Virus record (IMG/VR): IMGVR_UViG_3300017917_001914
Location: 1-64,000 of that record
Reading direction: 5' to 3' (one strand)
Origin: a virus
DNA: 64,000 bases
Shown here: positions 30,060-39,652 of the stretch, in pieces
How positions within the stretch are numbered: the stretch's first letter is position 1
Layout: each line of letters begins with the position of its first letter
Translations under genes and position numbers: made by a program
The notes under the pieces: generated by a model
Told to the model about the DNA's origin: nothing
Database searches by the model: none
Seen by the model: only the letters and a program-made list of their open reading frames with translations

Positions 30060-31598
30060 TCAACTTAATGTATAAATCAGGTCTTCTTTAGGGAAAACAT
30101 ATTGACCATCCATTATTTTTGAATGTTTATTGTCGAAGATTAAAACTTCTTTATTATTACGGGTAAAAATTAACCAATCAGTTGAATATCTTTTAACATT
30201 TCCTGTTCCTAAAATCATCACAGAATCTTTAATCTCTTTTTCACCAGTAAATGGTTTAATTTGTGCGGTTTTCTTTTCTCCATTAACAATAACCTCACAA
30301 TCAATACCCCCAATCATATCTTCTTTACTTCCAAGTTTACCAATTGCGGTAACGTTATCGTCACCAAATTGTCTTTTTAGTATTTCAATTGTTTTATCTT
30401 CTCTTGACTGACCCCAACTATTTGTTTGGGTTAATACTTTCATAAGATTTTGGAATGTTGATGATTTTTGTGAGAATATTCTAAATTTATATTCGTCTAA
30501 AACATTTACAAGTTTTTTAACTTCACTGATTTGTTCAAATGGTTTTAAGCCAATCATTTTTATTTCAGGTAATTGTTTGGCCTTTAAAACTTGATTCACA
30601 TCATTAAGTAAAATACAAAAACAACTATAGTTTGTGTTTAATTTATTTATAACTGAACGACCTTCACCTTCTAAATCATATACTCCGGCAACTTCACCTT
30701 CAGCGTATTCGTTATTTCCATAATAGTTATCGGGGAAAACTTCTTTCATTATTTGATTGATACCATCTTTGAAGATTGTCTTAACTTTAGGGTTGATATT
30801 AAACACCATTCGGATTGCTTCATTCATTTCTCTACTACATCTTTCCGACTTACCTTCAGATATTACAGATTTAAGAGCAATACTCTCGTTTAATTTATTA
30901 TTAACTCTCATAGTGTATAATTTGTTAACAAATTCCCAATTCACACATTTCCAAAAGTTTTTAATGTAATCATCTTTTTTGTTTCTGTATTTTAAGTAGT
31001 AAGCGTGTTCCCATAAATCTAATCCTAAAATTGGGTATCCACCATCTTCAACAACATTCATTAGTGGATTGTCTTGGTTTGCGGTAGATACTATTTTTAA
31101 AGTATTTCTTTTTGTTAGAACTAACCAAACCCAACCTGAACCAAACCTATCTTTTGCAACAGTTTCAAATTCTTTTTTAAAGTTGGCGAATGTATTAAAA
31201 TCTTTTTTGATTTGTTTGATTACTTCACCATTTGGGGTTTGAGTTTTAGGTGATAACATTTTCCAAAATAATGCGTGGTTAAACGCTCCACCGGCATTAT
31301 TTCTGATAGTTTTATTAAATCTACTGATAGATTTAACTATTTCTTCAAGTTCTAAATCACCATAATCTTTGTTTTTAAGAGCGGCGTTTAGTTTATCTAC
31401 GTAACCTTTATAATGTTTGTTATAATGGTAGTTCATTGTTTCAGCATCAATAAATTGCTTTAGTGCTGAATAGGAATATGGTAATTTGTCGATTCCTATC
31501 TTTTTCATCTCATTAAGAAAGAGTACTTCATTTTCTTGTTTTTCAACATTTTGAATATCTTCCGTAATGAGTTTGATTTTATTTTCAATATGTTTCAT
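30060..31598 (-). CDS. sod: Fe/Mn superoxide dismutase (Mn-type signature) fused to a C-terminal PD-(D/E)XK-like domain
   Basis: LPYSYSAL, HYNKH, NNAGGAFNH, FGSGWVWL, ANQDNP, DLWEHAYY; about 280 extra C-terminal residues. Confidence 0.9.
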   Translation of the reverse strand: MKHIENKIKLITEDIQNVEKQENEVLFLNEMKKIGIDKLPYSYSALKQFIDAETMNYHYNKHYKGYVDKLNAALKNKDYGDLELEEIVKSISRFNKTIRNNAGGAFNHALFWKMLSPKTQTPNGEVIKQIKKDFNTFANFKKEFETVAKDRFGSGWVWLVLTKRNTLKIVSTANQDNPLMNVVEDGGYPILGLDLWEHAYYLKYRNKKDDYIKNFWKCVNWEFVNKLYTMRVNNKLNESIALKSVISEGKSERCSREMNEAIRMVFNINPKVKTIFKDGINQIMKEVFPDNYYGNNEYAEGEVAGVYDLEGEGRSVINKLNTNYSCFCILLNDVNQVLKAKQLPEIKMIGLKPFEQISEVKKLVNVLDEYKFRIFSQKSSTFQNLMKVLTQTNSWGQSREDKTIEILKRQFGDDNVTAIGKLGSKEDMIGGIDCEVIVNGEKKTAQIKPFTGEKEIKDSVMILGTGNVKRYSTDWLIFTRNNKEVLIFDNKHSKIMDGQYVFPKEDLIYTLS

Positions 31599-31640
31599 TC
31601 GGCTTGTTATTTATATCTTATAAATATCTCAACAAACAGA

Positions 31641-33416
31641 TTATCTCCGAGTGTTGATTTTATTCATAAGTTCCTCAATGAAATCACCACTTTCACCAAT
31701 ATTGTCTCCCATTACAGTTCCAATGTTTTGTTTTTTCATGTTAACCATGTCGTATATTATCCCTTCAATAGTGTTGTCGAATATTGGGTAATAAACTGAA
31801 ACTGAATTTTTTTGACCATATCTGTAAGCTCTATCTTCGGCTTGAGATAAATCTCCCGGAACAAATGATAGGTCATTTATAATAACAGCTTCAGCGGCGG
31901 TCAATGTAATTCCGACACCGGCAGCTTTAACATTTCCAACAAATACTTTAATCTTTTCATTTTCTTGAAATTGGTCAACAGCATATTGTCTTTGAGGTTT
32001 ACCTGTTGAACCATCTAATTTGACAGCAGTTTTACCGAAGTGTTCTGCAATCCTATTTAAAGTTTCAGTAAAGTTAGTAAAAATAATAACCTTCTTACCT
32101 TGTTCTATAATATTTTCAGCAAGTTCAATAGTGTCTTTAATTTTTTCTTCAGCAATTACTTGACGAACTTTCATTAATTTACTGAATTGAACTGTTAGTG
32201 AAGTACTTTCATCCGGATTCTTATCGTACCAATCGTAATACTCACCCATCAAACCTTCATACATTTTAGATTTTAATCTTAAGTATATAGGTGTAATTAT
32301 TTTTTCAGGTAAATCTAATACATCGGTTTTTAATCTTCTTAAAACTTGTCTTGATGTTCTATCTCTTAACTCTTCCAAATTCGATGCTCCGGTTACATTC
32401 CATATTTTACGATTACCGGCAGTGAATTGATATCCCTGACAATATCTGATAGCATACGCCATCCAATTTTGTGCGACAGGACTTTCAATTAATGAAAGTA
32501 AATTAAAATAATTCATTGGACGATTGGTCATAGGTGTACCTGTTAATAACCAAAGTCTATCAACTTTTTTACAAAAACTATTAACTAATTTGGTTCTTGC
32601 CGCTTGACCATTACTAACATAGTGTGCCTCATCTAAAATTATAAGGTCAAAATTACCTTGAGTAATTAAAGAATTTTCTTTGTCTTTTAAATCATAAAAG
32701 TTTTTAAGAATATCGTAATTAACAATAACAAAATCGTGTTCGGTTGAAAAGTTTTTACCTTCAGCAATAAATACACTTCTTTCTGTATAATTAGCAATTT
32801 CTCTTTGCCAGTTAATTTTTAATGATGCTGGACAAACAATTAATATTTTTTTGGCACCACTTTCTAATGCGGCAATAACCGTAATAGTTGTTTTACCAAG
32901 TCCCATATCATCCGCCAATATAAATCGTTTTGAACCTACTAATTTTTCGATGGCAATTGGTTGATGTTCAAGAGGAGGTCTATGACTATATTTACTATAA
33001 TCTATTTTAACATCCTTAATAACGTGAGTTTTAATTAAAGCACCTTTTGGTAACCAAAAATCATGGATAGTATCGTTCTCCAATACTTTTCCCCAAACAT
33101 GATAGGATTTGTCTTTTTCAACTAATAGCTTTTCAACCCATATTTGTTCAGGAATTTTGGTTAGTAATTTTTCATCGGCAATTTTTTTTGCAAAGTAAGG
33201 GTCTAAATCAACCCATCTTTTGGCTACCTTTGGTGTAACTTCGTAATAATTTATAATGTAATCAGATTGTGCTCGGGTAGGGTAAAATCTTTTGTTGGTG
33301 TCCTTTTGTAGTTTTAATTTAAGGATATAGTTATTTGCCCCTTGATAAGTTTCAAGGAGATTTAACGCTCGTTGCTCTAGCGTAAGATTACTATTTTCAG
33401 ATATATTGTTTTCCAA
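31641..33416 (-). CDS. SNF2-family (HARP/SMARCAL1-like) helicase
   Basis: LADDMGLGKT, CPASLK, DEAH, LLTGTP, QAEDRAYRYGQ. Confidence 0.9.
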   Translation of the reverse strand: MENNISENSNLTLEQRALNLLETYQGANNYILKLKLQKDTNKRFYPTRAQSDYIINYYEVTPKVAKRWVDLDPYFAKKIADEKLLTKIPEQIWVEKLLVEKDKSYHVWGKVLENDTIHDFWLPKGALIKTHVIKDVKIDYSKYSHRPPLEHQPIAIEKLVGSKRFILADDMGLGKTTITVIAALESGAKKILIVCPASLKINWQREIANYTERSVFIAEGKNFSTEHDFVIVNYDILKNFYDLKDKENSLITQGNFDLIILDEAHYVSNGQAARTKLVNSFCKKVDRLWLLTGTPMTNRPMNYFNLLSLIESPVAQNWMAYAIRYCQGYQFTAGNRKIWNVTGASNLEELRDRTSRQVLRRLKTDVLDLPEKIITPIYLRLKSKMYEGLMGEYYDWYDKNPDESTSLTVQFSKLMKVRQVIAEEKIKDTIELAENIIEQGKKVIIFTNFTETLNRIAEHFGKTAVKLDGSTGKPQRQYAVDQFQENEKIKVFVGNVKAAGVGITLTAAEAVIINDLSFVPGDLSQAEDRAYRYGQKNSVSVYYPIFDNTIEGIIYDMVNMKKQNIGTVMGDNIGESGDFIEELMNKINTRR

Positions 33417-33464
33417 ATTTAATCTTTTAATAGAAATATAATAAATTATTTAATATTTATCAAT

Positions 33465-33980
33465 ATGAGTAGAAATTTAGTGCCAATTACAAGGATAGGT
33501 AAGTTCTTCGGAGCGGAGGATTACGATTTAGACATCTCTATAGGTGAGGAATGGTTATATGGTGATATGAACTTTACATTAGTGCTATATAAAATAGATA
33601 GATTAAAAACCAAAACAGATGATGTTTATGGTGAGGTAATGACTGATGGTATAAAATATTTACCACCAATTGAGTTTAAAGCTTATGTTCAAATACTTCC
33701 ACCGGAAAACAAATACTTGGGTAATTCAAAAATTACACAATCAGAACCTGGTAATATGAAGTTTGCGGTTTACGCGGCACAACTTAATGATTTAGGGATT
33801 CAAATTAATTATGGTGATTATATTGGGTACTACGAAACAGAAACAAAAGTTAGATATTACGTGGTTAGTGATGACGGAAGAATTAACTCTGATAATAAAC
33901 ACACATATGGTGGTTATAAACCATTCTATAAATCATATGTTGCAACTCCGGTAACGGAAAATGAATTTAGAGGATTATAA
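33465..33980 (+). CDS. Head closure / neck protein (gp14-like)
   Basis: TDDVYGE...YLPPIE...INYGDYI pattern; position near neck and tail genes. Confidence 0.6.
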   Translation: MSRNLVPITRIGKFFGAEDYDLDISIGEEWLYGDMNFTLVLYKIDRLKTKTDDVYGEVMTDGIKYLPPIEFKAYVQILPPENKYLGNSKITQSEPGNMKFAVYAAQLNDLGIQINYGDYIGYYETETKVRYYVVSDDGRINSDNKHTYGGYKPFYKSYVATPVTENEFRGL

Positions 33981-34393
33981 TGGAAGTAAAAATAACAGAA
34001 AATAAACTATTCAATTCAATATACAATTATATTGATAAAACATTTAATCCAAGTGAAATGTCTTGGGTTTATGGTTCTAATGAAGATGATGAGTATGGTT
34101 ATCCTGATATTGATAGTGAAAATGAAAATTTTTTAATGTTCTATAAAGGAGATTGGGAAGGTGAGTATGATTCTGATGTAGTGTTTCATTATTTTGATAT
34201 TGATTATTATAATGAACCATCAAGTAAATCTTTTAGAGACCAAGCACCAGTTTTAGAAGTTATTGGAGATTATGGTGAACATTTAGTTGAAATGTTTCAA
34301 GGTTATTGGGGTGAACCTATGAAAAAATGGTTTCAAGATAAATTTAATTTACCGGTTAAAACCGTATCAGCTTATTACAATTATGAAGATTAA
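33980..34393 (+). CDS. Acidic hypothetical protein with ITE leader
   Basis: ORF track; MEVKITENKL N-terminus. Confidence 0.6.
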   Translation: MEVKITENKLFNSIYNYIDKTFNPSEMSWVYGSNEDDEYGYPDIDSENENFLMFYKGDWEGEYDSDVVFHYFDIDYYNEPSSKSFRDQAPVLEVIGDYGEHLVEMFQGYWGEPMKKWFQDKFNLPVKTVSAYYNYED

Positions 34394-34919
34394 AATTAAT
34401 GAAAGTCAATATAGAAGACTATTAGAAACTATAACTGATTCCAAAGTAATTTGTGATGAGTGTGGTTGGTCATGGGATTTAGCCGATGGTGGTGACGACC
34501 CATACATTTGTCATAAGTGTGGTCACAATAATTCTGAAGAAGATTATATTGGAAAAAGGGTTATGGTTTATTATAACCTACATAAACACACTTTTTCAGT
34601 TAGATATAATAATAAAATAATTCTTCATGCTGATTATGTTAAATTAGGTGATGTTGAATTTAGAGTTAGAAAAGGTGGAAAAGAACGTGTTCGTTCTGAA
34701 AAACAAAAAAATGTTCATGCGTTTGTAATAGGGAATTTAATGGGTTATTGTGAATATCCTTGTGATGATATTCCAAACCCAACATCTGATATGGTCGTAA
34801 CTTATAATCCGTATAAATACGATTCGTTTGTTTATAAAAATACAGAAGAGCCGGTATATAACGCAACTGAAGTTGATATGATAAACTCACAAAATAAATT
34901 ATTTGTAGTTAAAAAATAA
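34383..34919 (+). CDS. Hypothetical protein: leader + Zn-ribbon + phage domain of unknown function
   Basis: CDECG...CHKCGH; VYYNLHKHTFSVR...ERVRSEKQKNVHAFVIG. Confidence 0.7.
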   Translation: MKIKINESQYRRLLETITDSKVICDECGWSWDLADGGDDPYICHKCGHNNSEEDYIGKRVMVYYNLHKHTFSVRYNNKIILHADYVKLGDVEFRVRKGGKERVRSEKQKNVHAFVIGNLMGYCEYPCDDIPNPTSDMVVTYNPYKYDSFVYKNTEEPVYNATEVDMINSQNKLFVVKK

Positions 34920-34920
34920 T

Positions 34921-35958
34921 ATGGCATTACCAAACAAAATAAAAAAAACAATACCTTTAACATTTCCAAAAACTCTTTATCCAAGAAGAGAAGAATTATT
35001 GGAAAAAATTAATAAGGATGGAACTTATTTGCCTAAATCTATTTTACATGCTGATTTGGATGGTGGAATGTTAAATTTTGTTCAAAATGAATTACAAACA
35101 ATTGTTGAGGGTAAAATTATTCCTACGGTTGATATTATTATTACAACACAAAACTGGTCTCAATTTACTGAAACTTGGAACTTTCAAGATTTAGATTCAA
35201 ACGTTTCCCCTCCGTTTATTACCATTGTAAGAAATCCTGAAGTTAAATTCGGAACTAATCCTGCATTACTTTATAACATTCCAAATAGAAAACAATATTT
35301 TTATGCTCAAGTACCTACTTGGGATGGAAATAGAAATGGTATGGACATATATAAAATACCTCAACCTGTTCCGGTAGACATTACATATTCTGTTAAAATT
35401 ATTTGTAATAGAATGAGGGAATTAAATGCTTTCAATAAAAACATTCTTGAAATGTTTGCATCTCGTCAAGCCTACACAACAATCAAAGGTCATTATATTC
35501 CAATCATAATGAATAACATTACTGACGAATCAGTTATGAATATTGATAAAAGAAAATATTATATTCAAAGTTATGATTTTACAATGTTAGGATTTTTAAT
35601 TGATGAAAATGAATTTGAAGTTACACCGGCAGTTTCAAGAGTTTTAACTGTTATTGAATTTGAAAAAGAATCCTTTATGAAAGGACGAAGAAAAAATATT
35701 ACAGATGAAGGGACTGAAACAAATATTTTATTTGTTGTTGGTAACAATACTATTTCACAAGTTTTTGATTATACCGTTGATTTAAATTTAGGTGAAACAA
35801 CTAATATTGAATCATTTGATGTGTACTTAAATAATCAATATTATGGGTCTGATTTATATCAAATACAAATCAACACCAATGATGTTTTGAAAATTGTTGT
35901 GGTTAAAAATGATGATACTTTAGAAGGTTCTATTGTGTTACAAAACCAATTAGTTTAA
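34921..35958 (+). CDS. Tail terminator / sheath stabiliser (gp15-like)
   Basis: PQPVPVDITYSVKIICNRMRELN motif; located upstream of the sheath gene. Confidence 0.65.
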   Translation: MALPNKIKKTIPLTFPKTLYPRREELLEKINKDGTYLPKSILHADLDGGMLNFVQNELQTIVEGKIIPTVDIIITTQNWSQFTETWNFQDLDSNVSPPFITIVRNPEVKFGTNPALLYNIPNRKQYFYAQVPTWDGNRNGMDIYKIPQPVPVDITYSVKIICNRMRELNAFNKNILEMFASRQAYTTIKGHYIPIIMNNITDESVMNIDKRKYYIQSYDFTMLGFLIDENEFEVTPAVSRVLTVIEFEKESFMKGRRKNITDEGTETNILFVVGNNTISQVFDYTVDLNLGETTNIESFDVYLNNQYYGSDLYQIQINTNDVLKIVVVKNDDTLEGSIVLQNQLV

Positions 35959-36119
35959 TCCTCACCGTAGATATCCTTCTTTTCCTTACATTTATCAATA
36001 ATCATTCTTTCTAAAAAACGATACATTTTAATCCCCCTCTTTTCACAATAGGTCTTTAGGATATTATGAACCTCAATTGATATCTTTAGGTTCTTTATTT
36101 TTTTTTCGTTATCTGCCAT
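35955..36119 (-). CDS. Ribbon-helix-helix DNA-binding protein (54 aa, not in the ORF track)
   Basis: Manual translation MADNEKKIKNLKISIEVHNILKTYCEKRGIKMYRFLERMIIDKCKEKKDIYGED; beta-alpha-G-alpha RHH pattern. Confidence 0.7.
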   Translation of the reverse strand: MADNEKKIKNLKISIEVHNILKTYCEKRGIKMYRFLERMIIDKCKEKKDIYGED

Positions 36120-36148
36120 GGTAGAATAAAGGCAGAATTTATTCTACC
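36120..36148. promoter_or_regulatory. 11-bp perfect inverted repeat, candidate operator
   Basis: GGTAGAATAAA-ggcagaa-TTTATTCTACC abutting the RHH start codon. Confidence 0.5.
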
Positions 36149-36242
36149 TAATTTATAAATACTTCTTACGAAGTAAAGTATTTTGGTTTTTTTTATAATA
36201 TTTATCAATAAAAATAAATTTACAAATAAAAAAGACAAACTA

Positions 36243-39200
36243 ATGGCATCAAATCAAAAAGTATTCGTATCTCCTGGAGTATATACTTCTGAAGTTGATT
36301 TAAGTTTCGTAGCACAAAGTGTGGGGGTTACCACATTGGGAATTGTAGGTGAGACCTTAAAAGGTCCAGCTTTCGAACCTATCTTTATACGAAATTTTGA
36401 TGAATTCACAAATTTCTTCGGTGGAACTTCTCCAGAAAAATTTATAAATACACAAATTCCAAAGTACGAAGCGGCTTACATTGCCAAATCCTACTTACAA
36501 CAATCTAACCAATTATTCGTAACGAGAGTGTTAGGATTATCTGGTTATGATGCAGGCCCATCTTGGTCTATAACAACTAAAGCTAATGTTAACCCAACAA
36601 CGGTTGATTTCTTTTGTGAAAGTGCAACTACAGTTAATTGTGTTAATGAATGTGTTGACTTTAAAACTATAAACTATTCTGTTGATTTCTCGGCATGTAC
36701 AAATAGTGTTGATAGTGTAATATTCACAAACACATCTAACTTACCGGCAGAAATATCTACAATTTTATATGAACCTTACGAACAATTTGATGGTTCTACA
36801 AGTTCATTATATCAAGATATGTCTAAACAAATTTTTGATATTGTTTCAACACCGGCGAAAGAAGATACTTCAATCTATTACTACGGAGCAATACCAACTA
36901 GTGTATATTCAGGATTAAGTGAGGTATATACAGGTGAAACTAATGTTTATGAGGTTGATAATGTAAGTGCTAACTTATGTAATTATTCAGCACCTCAAAA
37001 TGACCCTTGGTATTATTCATTATTTGATAATGTGGGTAATGCTGTTTATACAGGATATTCGTTTTGGTCAGTTGTAACAGGTTTAACATTAACACCTATT
37101 ATTACAACAACAACATCAACATCAACTACTACTACAACTACAGACCCTTGTACGACAACTACTTCAACCTCAACTACTTCAACAACAACGGCAAAACCGG
37201 TTAATTGTTATACAGGTACATTGATTGGGGTAATTTATGTTTATTCAGGAACTGCATATACTGATTATGATGATTTAGTAATTGCAACACTTCGTTCAAG
37301 AGGTTTATCAACATATGGTCTTGATGATGGCCCTGTTTATGAAGTACCGGGTGGTGTTGATGGATATGGTAATTTTGATGGTTCAGCGGTTACTTTAGAT
37401 TGTACAGGAACATATTCAGGAGTTACTAAGAATCCATTCTCAACTTTTGGAGTTAATATAACAAGTAAAGATGGTGACCAATATTTCTTTGAAACATCAT
37501 TCTCTAATTCTGATTCAAAATACATTAGTAAAGTATTTGGTTCAACTAACTTCTCTAAACCAAGAACTGTAGTTCCATTATTTGTTGAAGAAAGATTCCA
37601 AGCTTTATTAACAAATGCTTGGAGAATGGGTTATATTAGAGGTTTAAATTGTGAATTAACGGCATTACCTGATGCTAGACAAGCTAAAGACCCTACGTCA
37701 ATTGCGTTTTACTTAGAAAAATATCAATCTCCGGTATCTCCATGGGTTGTATCTGAATTAAGAGGTAATAAAGTTTATAACTTATTTAAATTTACTACAA
37801 TTGCTGATGGTGATTCTGCGAATGTTGATATTAAAATATCGTTAGCTAACATGTCATTTAATAATGGTACGTTTGATGTATTAGTAAGAGATTTCTTCGA
37901 TACTGATTCGGCACCTGTTGTTCTTGAAAAATATACTAATTGTAGTATGAACCCTCAAGACAATTCATTTATTGGTAAGAAAATTGGTAGTTTAGATGGA
38001 GAATATCCATTATTATCAAGTTATATTATGGTTGAAATGAATGAGGATGCACCGATAGACGCACTTCCTTGTGGATTCTTAGGTTATGATTATAGAGAAT
38101 ATGCTGGTGTAAGACCACCATTCCCATTAATCAAAACTAAATATTACTATCCTGGTGAAGTTGTTTACAACCCACCATTTGGATTAGCATCAGGAGCGGA
38201 TGACGCAACAACAAGTGCAGGTGATAATGTAAGAAGAACTTACTTAGGTATTTCAGATACTGAAGGTATAGATGTTGATTTCTTCCAATATAAAGGAACA
38301 CAACTTCCATTAGACATTTGTAATGATACAGAAGGATTACCTTGGAACTTTAGAACAAGAGGTTTCCACATGGATAAAAATGCGAGTGGTATTACTATTC
38401 CAAATATATTTGTAACTAGTGGTACACCGGCATTCTTTGTTGGTGATGCAACATTTACCTCAGACCCTGATAGTGAAGAAAATCCTTACTACAGAATTTT
38501 CGCACGTAAATTTACATTATTAGTTAAAGGTGGTTTTGACGGATGGGATATCTATAGAGAATTTAGAACCAATAAAGATGAGTTTATGTTAGGTAGAAGA
38601 GGTTACTTGAAAGGTGCTTGTCCTACTATCAAATATCCAACAGCTACAGGTTGGGGAGCATTTAAACAAATCATTGTTGCTGATAATACTCAAGATTACG
38701 CTAACACAGATTATTACGCATATTTATTAGGTCAACAAACATTTGCAAACCCTGAGGCGGTAAATATTAACGTATTTGTAACACCTGGTATTGATTATGT
38801 AAATAACTCTAATTTAGTTGAAAATGCAATTGATATGATTGAATATAGTAGAGCGGATTCATTGTACATATGTACTACTCCTGACTACAATATGTATGTT
38901 CCATCAAATAGTAATCAATTAGATTTTATTTACCCTCAAGAGGCTGTAGATAATTTAGCTAATTCAGGTATTGACTCTAACTACACAGCTACTTATTACC
39001 CTTGGGTATTAATGAGAGATACGGTTAATAATACACAAATTTATATACCGGCAACGGCTGAAGTTACAAGAAACTTAGCGTTAACCGACAACATTGCGTT
39101 CCCTTGGTTCGCTGCGGCGGGTTATACAAGAGGTATTGTAAACGCGGTTAAAGCGAGAGTTAAATTGACTCAAGAGAATAGAGATACTCTATATCAAGGT

Positions 39201-39596
39201 CGTTTAAATCCAATCGCAACTTTCTCTGATGTTGGAACAGTAATTTGGGGTAACAAAACTCTTCAAATTAGACAATCGGCTCTTGACAGAATCAACGTAA
39301 GAAGATTATTACTTCAAGCACGTAAATTAATATCTGCAGTTTCTGTTAGATTATTATTTGAACAAAACGATGCTAAAGTAAGACAAGATTTCTTAGATTC
39401 AGTTAACCCAATATTAGATTCGATAAGAAGAGATAGAGGTCTTTATGATTTCCGTGTAACAGTTTCGTCTGACCCAGCTGATTTAGACAGAAATCAAATG
39501 ACAGGTAAGATTTATATCAAACCAACCAAATCGTTAGAATTTATAGATATTACGTTCTATATTACTCCAACCGGAGCGTCTTTCGAGAATATATAA
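36243..39596 (+). CDS. Contractile tail sheath protein (gp18-like) with large inserts
   Basis: VFVSPGVYTSEVDLS, GETLKGPAFEP, ATYYPWV, PWFAAAGYTRG, WGNKTLQ...LDRINVRRLL, IKPTKSLEFIDITF; ATG at 36243 preferred over the upstream TTG. Confidence 0.95.
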   Translation: MASNQKVFVSPGVYTSEVDLSFVAQSVGVTTLGIVGETLKGPAFEPIFIRNFDEFTNFFGGTSPEKFINTQIPKYEAAYIAKSYLQQSNQLFVTRVLGLSGYDAGPSWSITTKANVNPTTVDFFCESATTVNCVNECVDFKTINYSVDFSACTNSVDSVIFTNTSNLPAEISTILYEPYEQFDGSTSSLYQDMSKQIFDIVSTPAKEDTSIYYYGAIPTSVYSGLSEVYTGETNVYEVDNVSANLCNYSAPQNDPWYYSLFDNVGNAVYTGYSFWSVVTGLTLTPIITTTTSTSTTTTTTDPCTTTTSTSTTSTTTAKPVNCYTGTLIGVIYVYSGTAYTDYDDLVIATLRSRGLSTYGLDDGPVYEVPGGVDGYGNFDGSAVTLDCTGTYSGVTKNPFSTFGVNITSKDGDQYFFETSFSNSDSKYISKVFGSTNFSKPRTVVPLFVEERFQALLTNAWRMGYIRGLNCELTALPDARQAKDPTSIAFYLEKYQSPVSPWVVSELRGNKVYNLFKFTTIADGDSANVDIKISLANMSFNNGTFDVLVRDFFDTDSAPVVLEKYTNCSMNPQDNSFIGKKIGSLDGEYPLLSSYIMVEMNEDAPIDALPCGFLGYDYREYAGVRPPFPLIKTKYYYPGEVVYNPPFGLASGADDATTSAGDNVRRTYLGISDTEGIDVDFFQYKGTQLPLDICNDTEGLPWNFRTRGFHMDKNASGITIPNIFVTSGTPAFFVGDATFTSDPDSEENPYYRIFARKFTLLVKGGFDGWDIYREFRTNKDEFMLGRRGYLKGACPTIKYPTATGWGAFKQIIVADNTQDYANTDYYAYLLGQQTFANPEAVNINVFVTPGIDYVNNSNLVENAIDMIEYSRADSLYICTTPDYNMYVPSNSNQLDFIYPQEAVDNLANSGIDSNYTATYYPWVLMRDTVNNTQIYIPATAEVTRNLALTDNIAFPWFAAAGYTRGIVNAVKARVKLTQENRDTLYQGRLNPIATFSDVGTVIWGNKTLQIRQSALDRINVRRLLLQARKLISAVSVRLLFEQNDAKVRQDFLDSVNPILDSIRRDRGLYDFRVTVSSDPADLDRNQMTGKIYIKPTKSLEFIDITFYITPTGASFENI

Positions 39597-39603
39597 TAAA
39601 TAA

Positions 39604-39636
39604 AATTATGACCCATTGTAATAGTGGGTCATAATT
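39604..39636 (+). terminator. Hairpin after the sheath gene (terminator or stability element)
   Basis: aattatgaccca...tgggtcataatt; weak T tract. Confidence 0.55.
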
Positions 39637-39652
39637 AAGCCAAATAACAATT

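Noticed and set aside
36183-36242. Upstream TTG start of the sheath ORF given in the track
   Set aside because: The extension is an AT-rich leader containing the TATTTAT motif; the conserved sheath N-terminus begins at ATG 36243
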